Below are positions 39,301 to 47,608 of a stretch of DNA of 48,950 bases, piece by piece. The DNA lies in the NCBI GenBank assembly GCA_002269645.1, contig NIVC01003128.1:1-48950 (forward strand). Direction: 5' to 3'. The notes below the pieces were generated by a model. The model saw nothing but the letters and a program-made list of their open reading frames with translations, was not told the DNA's origin and did no database searches. Within the stretch, counting starts at the first letter, position 1. Each line of letters begins with the position of its first letter. This DNA comes from Macrostomum lignano. Taxonomy: Eukaryota. A program made the translations under genes and the position numbers.

Positions 39301-40668
39301 CTGACTGTCTGGTCTGTCTAGCGGCCGCCGCAACCGCCGCCGCTGTCGATTCCGACAATTGTCGGTGGCCGAACGCTGCTGTCGAATTGAAAGAGCGAGG
39401 CTTTTTCGACTCTCTAAAACGGCTGTTCGCTTTGTCGTCGGGCGGATCGGCCAGCGTCAGTGCAGAGTCTCGGGTGCCGCAGAATGCGCTGGCCCTCTGC
39501 GAAAGACTTCTGCTGTTGTTGCAGCAGCAGGAGCGGCTGGCTGACGCTGAGCAGGCGGCTATTAAACAGCAGAGAGTCTGGCTCCTGGCGGCTGTCGGCG
39601 AGATGTGCCTGGCTTCCACCGGAGCTGGAGCTGGCAGCGTTGCCGCTTTGACTTTGCCGCAGGTTTGACCTATTTTTGTAGTGTATTTAATTCGCCTCAG
39701 TGTACACTAATGGCTTTTCTAGGCATACTATATAGTATGGACTATTCGCAGTCTGCCTTCTTACACCTAGTTGCTATGCAATATGTGCATTCCTATCTTT
39801 GCATTAGATCCCTCTATCCCCAATGTACACTCTGTGCCCGTTAAAACATTCTCTCTCTATCCCCAATGTACACTCTGTGCCCGTTAAAACATTCTCTCTC
39901 TATCCCCAATGTACACTCTGTGCCCGTTAAAACATTCTCTCTCTATCCCCAATGTACACTCAATGCCCCTTTGATCCCTCTAAACCCAACCCCAAAACCG
40001 CAGGCCCGTCGCCAGGCCTACCAGATCCTGGCCACCTGGTACCCAACCCACCCGAATCTGTGCGCCCCGGCTCTGCTGGCCGGCCTGACAGATTCGGCCG
40101 AATCAAATCGAGCTTGGCTACTGGAGTTCTGGTCTCGCAACTCCGGCTTACCCTCCGAAGCGTCGGCTCGTTGGTTCGCCCTGTTGTCGCGTTGTCATGG
40201 CAACAATACCGCAGATGAGGATAGCAACCGAGACGAAGAATTCTCGGCGTCAACCGGAGCCGTCCTGCCGGCATTCTGCTCTGCTGTACAGCTGGACGCC
40301 TGCTCATCAACTCCGGATTTCCGCCGGCCGATGTTCGACCGGCCGCTGGCCGACTGTCCGTTCAGGGAGTGCCGGATCGACGCCGACTGGCGACGGCGCC
40401 ACGGCGGCCTCATGACGCCGCTTTTCTTAGAAACGCAACAACAGCAGCAGCAGCAGAAAGCGTCGGATGTCGAGTCTGGGACTCTGCGCCAGCTACAGGA
40501 TGGAGACGGCGCTACGGCCGCCATTGCCATGGGAACCGACGCTTCAATGTTGCCACTGCGAGCTACCGCAGTTGGCCCGGGCATGTTCGAGGCTACTCAG
40601 CTGCATCCCAGTGCGGCTACGGCCAGCCTGCTTGCCGATAGCCAGGTCTGTCTGTTTGTGTGTCTGTC

Positions 40669-40727
<59 letters not shown>

Positions 40728-40774
40728 GCCTGCCTGTCTGTCTGCCTGTCTGCCTGTCTGTCTGTCTGCCTGCC

Positions 40775-40815
<41 letters not shown>

Positions 40816-40858
40816 GCCTGCCTGTCTGTCTGCCTGTCTGCCTGTCTGTCTGTCTGCC

Positions 40859-40897
<39 letters not shown>

Positions 40898-43800
40898 GTG
40901 TGTGTCCGAATCTCTGTCTTTCTGCCTGTCTGATCTATCAGCAGCTCTCACCTAACCCGCATCCAGGACCTGTCCGTCTCCACCTCGCTGCTATTTCGCT
41001 CCTCCGGAGGCGGCGGCGGTGGCGCCGGCCTGGAAGTGTCGGCCGCGGGCGGTCTGGCCGGCTACCACACCGCTCTGGGCTCGGACGCGAATCCCCAGAT
41101 GGCTGGCCAAGCAGCGCAGCTTCACCGACTTCGTCGTCGAATGTTTCTGCAGCAACAGCAGCAGCAGCAGGCAGCTTCATCATCATCCGGAGCAGCTGCA
41201 TCTTCCAGCTCTGACGGGCCCCCGGCTACTCAGGGCTCCTCCTCGAGCTACTCGGCATTCGCTCAGGCCGGCGTGGAGCGACACCGGCGTCAGGTTCGAG
41301 AAGCGGCCGAAGCGGCTGCGAAACGCGAGCACCGGGTGACTCTGAGACGTCGCTATCGAGTTGGCGACTTGCCCGACGTTCAGATTGAACAGGGCGCCCT
41401 GGTGACCACCTTGGCGGCTCTGGCGCAGAAAGATCGAATGTTTGGTCGGTTGCTGTGCGCTCAGGTGAGCCTTTGTTTGAAATTCATTGTAGGCTTGTTT
41501 TATGATTGACGGGTCACTGCATTCTCTTTTATTAATATGTTAGTCATATCAGCCTCTATGATCATTTAAAGTGTAGTCTTTATCCCCCATGATCTTTAAA
41601 AAAATGTTTTAACCCATCCTTCATAATCCTTTTAGAATGGATCATATCCTCCTCTATGATCATTTTAGAATGGTCATATCTTCCCCTATGTTCCTTTTAG
41701 AATGGTCATATCTTCCCCTATGATCCTTTTAGAATGGGTCATACCATCCTCTATGATCCTTTTAGAATGGGTCATATCATCCTCTATGATCCTTTTAGAA
41801 TGGGTCATATGATCCCCTATGATCCTTTTAGAATGGGTCATATGATCCTCTATGATCCTTTTAGAATGGGTCAAACCATCCTCTATGATCCTTTTAGAAT
41901 GGGTCATATCATCCTCTATGATCCTTTTAGAATGGGTCATATCATCCTCTATGATCCTTTTAGAATGGGTCATATCATCCTCTATGATCATTTTAGAATG
42001 GGTTATATCATCATTTATTGTCTTTTTAAAATGGGTCACATTATCCTTTATGATCTTTTAGAATGAGTCATATCATCCCCTATGATCCATAATCGTCTCA
42101 TATCATCTCTCACCCCTCCCTTGACAAAAATCAGCTCTCGCAGTCCATGGTGGACTGGGCCGCCTCCGCTCTATCCGAAGACGACGTGGCCGACATGTGT
42201 CGCCGACTTGCCGCCGCTTGGCTGGGCGTCCTGATCCCGACGTCGCCTTTCGACGGGAAGCGGCGGAACGGTTTGTCGGCGGTGACAGCGGCAGCAAACG
42301 ATCCGGCTCTGATTGGCTGCGCGCTCGACTCGCTCTGCGCTGTGGCTTCGAGCGCCTGCGGCGACGGCGGAGTCGGCGTTGTTGATATCGGCGCCATTAT
42401 CCGACCTAGCGACTACGGATTAGTGGCTGCGGCGTCGTCGGCCGCTCACCTGCCTACGCTTGGCGCTTTGGCGTTGGAACTTTTGTATGCCTGGCAGGGT
42501 CGGCCTGGCGTGCAGCAGCAGTCACGTGACGAGCCGGGTCGACACCGAGGCAGAGCCGCCAAGGCTACGACGGAGCAGCGACCGACTGCGGCTAAGCGCC
42601 GACGAATGGAGGCTGGAAGTCAGGTGACATTTTAGGTTTTTGTTGAAATGGAGAAATTCGTAAACCATGCACCTTAGCGACATAGTTTAGCAAAATTTTT
42701 ATTGGTACAGTGTAGGAACACAAAGTGACCGACATGCTTTATCAGTAAACTTCAGCGACATGTTTTAGCGACACATCCCACCGACACATCTTAGCGACAT
42801 TTCTTAGCGAAACATTTCACGGACCAATTTTAGCAGCATGTTTTAGCAATACATTTTATCGACGCATCTTAGCTTAATGGTCAAGTGGCACATCTTAGTG
42901 ACATGTTTCAGCGACATATCTCACCGAAACACCTTAGCAACATATCTCACCGACACATCTTAGCGACATATCTCACCGAAACATCTTAGCGACATATCTC
43001 ACCGACACATCTTAGCGACATATCTCACCGAAACATATTAGCAACATATCTCACCGACACATCTTAGCGACATATCTCACCGACACATCTTAGCGACAAA
43101 TCTCACCGACACATCTTAGCGACATATCTCACCGAAACATCTTAGCGACATATCTCACCGAAACACCTTAGCAACATATCTCACCGACACATCTTAGCGA
43201 CATATCTCACCGACACATCTTAGCGACATATCTCACCGAAACACCTTAGCGACATATCTCACCGAAACATCTTAGCGACATATCTCACCGACACATCTTA
43301 GCGACATATCTCACCGAAACATATTAGCAACATATCTCACCGACACATCTTAGCGACATATCTCACCGACACATCTTAGCGACAAATCTCACCGACACAT
43401 CTTAGCGACATATCTCACCGACACATATTAGCAACATATCTCACCGACACATCTTAGCGACATATCTCACCGACACATCTTAGCGACATATCTCACCGAA
43501 ACACCTTAGCAACATATTTCACCGACACATCTTAGCGACATATCTCACCGAAACATATTAGCAACATATCTCACCGACACATCTTAGCGACATATCTCAC
43601 CGACACATCTTAGCGACATATCTCACCGAAACACCTTAGCGACATATCTCACCGACACATCTTAGCGACATATCTCACCGAAACACCTTAGCAACATATC
43701 TCACCGACACATCTTAGCGACATATCTCACCGAAACACCTTAGCAACATATCTCACCGACACATCTTAGCGACATATCTCACCGACACATCTTAGCGACA

Positions 43801-45852
43801 AATCTCACCGACACATCTTAGCGACAAATCTCACCGACACATCTTAGCGACATATCTCACCGACACATCTTAGCGACGTGTTTTAGCGACACCTCACTGA
43901 TACATCTTAGCGACATATCTCACCGACACATCTAAGCGACATGTTTTAGCGACACATCTCACCGACACATCTTAGCGACATGTTTTAGCGACATATCTCA
44001 CCGACACATCTTAGCGACATATCTCACCGACACATCTTAGCGACATATCTCACCGACACATCTTAGCGACATGTTTCGGCGGCACATCTCACCGACACAT
44101 CTTAGCGACATGTTTTAGCGACACATCTCACCGACACATCTTAGCGACATGTTTTAGCGACACATCTCACCGACACATCTTAGCGACATGTTTTAGCGAC
44201 ATATCTCACTGACACATCTTAGCGACATATCTCACCGACACATCTTAGCGACATGTTTCACCGACACATCGCAGCAACAATATTCAGTGACACATCTTAG
44301 CAAGATGTTTTTGCGGCAAATCTATCACTAAACTAATTTAAAGTTTTCTTTTAAAAAAAATCGACCCTCCCAGTCCACTGACGATAACAGCGCCGATGTC
44401 GGAATCGATGCCGACGCCGACAAATACGACGAAGCCTACTGGCTCGCTCTGGCCCGGCTCTACCGTGACATGGGCGAGCCCGACCAGCAGCTTGGCGCTC
44501 TGCGTCGATGTCGATCGCAGCATAACGGCCAGGAAGGCGTTGACAACAACGACGATGAAAAACGTCTGGACGCTCTTGACTGGTGCCTCAGCGGCGATGT
44601 TCAACTAGCGTTAGAGACATTTGATCGACTGTTTCAACAGGCTGATGAAAGCGGCACAGAGTCTGCTTCTGCTGCTGCAGATTCTGCAACAGCCGTGAAT
44701 CATGCTTGCCAGTTGGCTAGGCTGGACTGTCTGACTCGGCTAGCCGATTGGACTAGGCTGAGCGGCGTGTCAAAGAAGCTGCTGCTGACCCAGGCTGATG
44801 GAGAAGAAGGCGGTGGACTGGCTGACCGGTTGTGGAGCCGTGTTGGGGTGCAGAATGTTTGTAAGGTGAGTGTTGACCCACAACCCTAAACTGATCCTAT
44901 ATTTCCTACAACCCTAAATGGGTCATCAGTTGTTGGCCCAGGATACTAAACGGGTCATAAATTGTTGACCCAGAATCATGAATCCATCATCGATCGTTGA
45001 CCCGGAATCCTAAATGAGTCATCAAATGTTGACACAAAATCAAATGGGTCGTTAATTGTTGACCCATAATCCTTTATGGGTCATCCATTGTTGACCCAGA
45101 ATTCTAAATGGGTCATCGATTGTTGATCCGGAATCCTAAATGGGTCATAAATTGTCAACTGACGCAGGATAATAAATGGGTCATCAATTGTTGAAACAGA
45201 ATAATAAATGAGTCCTATATTGTTGACCCAGAATCCTCAATTAGTCATAAATTGTTGACCCAGAATCTTAAATGAGTAATCGATTTTTGACCCAAAATTT
45301 TACGTAAATGGGTCATCGATTGTTGACCCAGAATGTTAAGTAAATGAGTCATTGGATGCGTCAATTATCAAGACTTTATTACATCATTTAAATGACACTG
45401 CAGTTTCGTCCATAGTCACCCCAATATCCCCTCGCACCCTCAGAATGCCCTGTCCTCCTACATGCTGAGCTCAACACGCCTTGTCTGCGACAAACCAGAA
45501 TCTGCTATTGGTTCAGACTCAGAATCTGCCGAATTTATGGACTTTTTACGTTGTACAACAGACAATGATTCTGTTAGAACTCAATTTGAGGTGAGGTCTA
45601 GTGCCGATTAGTAGTAGTAGTAACAGAACGAGTAGTATTCAGTTGTATTAGTAGCAATTAGTATTATTATTATTATTAGTAGTAGTAGTGGTAGTAGTAG
45701 TAGTAGTAGTAATAGTAGTAGAGGTAGTAGTATTAGTAGTAGTGTTAGTAGTAGTAGTAGTAGTAGTAGAGTAGTAGTAGTGGTAGTAGTAGTAGTAGAG
45801 TGGTAGTAGTAGAGTGGTAGTAGTAGTAGTAGTAGTATTAGTAGTAGTAGTG

Positions 45853-45892
<40 letters not shown>

Positions 45893-45967
45893 AGTGGTAG
45901 TAGTAGTAGTAGTATATTAGTAGTGGTAGAGGTAGTAGTATTAGTAGTAGTAGTGGTAGTAGTAGTA

Positions 45968-46007
<40 letters not shown>

Positions 46008-46073
46008 TAGTAGTAGTAGAGTGGTAGTAGTAGAGTGGTAGTAGTAGTAGTAGTAGTATTAGTAGTAGTAGTG

Positions 46074-46104
<31 letters not shown>

Positions 46105-46114
46105 AGTAGTAGAG

Positions 46115-46145
<31 letters not shown>

Positions 46146-46195
46146 ATTGGTAGTAGTAGTAGTAGTAGAGTGGTAGTAGTAGTGTAGTAGTAGAG

Positions 46196-46229
<34 letters not shown>

Positions 46230-46371
46230 TAGTAGTAGTAGTAGTAGTGTAGTAGTAGTAGTAGTAGTGGTAGTAGTAGTAGTAGTAGAGTAGTAGTAGT
46301 GGTAGTAGTAGTAGTAGAGTGGTAGTAGTAGAGTGGTAGTAGTAGTAGTAGTAGTATTAGTAGTAGTAGTG

Positions 46372-46402
<31 letters not shown>

Positions 46403-46412
46403 AGTAGTAGAG

Positions 46413-46443
<31 letters not shown>

Positions 46444-46506
46444 ATTGGTAGTAGTAGTAGTAGTAGAGTGGTAGTAGTAGTAGTAGTAGTATTAGTAGTA
46501 GTAGTG

Positions 46507-46540
<34 letters not shown>

Positions 46541-46550
46541 AGTAGTAGAG

Positions 46551-46581
<31 letters not shown>

Positions 46582-46631
46582 ATTGGTAGTAGTAGTAGTA
46601 GTAGAGTGGTAGTAGTAGTGTAGTAGTAGAG

Positions 46632-46665
<34 letters not shown>

Positions 46666-46867
46666 TAGTAGTAGTAGTAGTAGTGTAGTAGTAGTAGTAG
46701 AGTGGTAGTAGTAGTAGTAGTAGTAGTAGAGTGGTAGTAGTAGTAGTAGTAGTAGATTAGTAGTGGTAGAGGTAGTAGTAGTAGTAGTAGTGGTAGTAGT
46801 AGTACTAGTAGTAGTAGATTGGTAGTAGTAGTAGTAGTAGAGTGGTAGTAGTAGTGTAGTAGTAGAG

Positions 46868-46937
<70 letters not shown>

Positions 46938-46941
46938 AGTG

Positions 46942-47002
<61 letters not shown>

Positions 47003-47090
47003 AGTAGTAGTAGTGGTAGTAGTAGTACTAGTAGTAGTAGATTGGTAGTAGTAGTAGTAGTAGAGTGGTAGTAGTAGTGTAGTAGTAGAG

Positions 47091-47160
<70 letters not shown>

Positions 47161-47164
47161 AGTG

Positions 47165-47195
<31 letters not shown>

Positions 47196-47260
47196 AGTGG
47201 TAGTAGTAGCAGTAGAGTAGTAGTAGTAGTAGTAGTGGTAGTAGTAGTGTAGTAGTAGAG

Positions 47261-47324
<64 letters not shown>

Positions 47325-47328
47325 AGTG

Positions 47329-47389
<61 letters not shown>

Positions 47390-47477
47390 AGTAGTAGTAG
47401 TGGTAGTAGTAGTACTAGTAGTAGTAGATTGGTAGTAGTAGTAGTAGTAGAGTGGTAGTAGTAGTGTAGTAGTAGAG

Positions 47478-47547
<70 letters not shown>

Positions 47548-47577
47548 AGTGGTAGTAGTAGTAGTAGTAGTAGAGTG

Positions 47578-47608
<31 letters not shown>

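Noticed and set aside
9240-44310. Regularly spaced repeats as possible CRISPR arrays
   Set aside because: Units are contiguous with no unique spacers, no cas genes are present, and the context is eukaryotic introns
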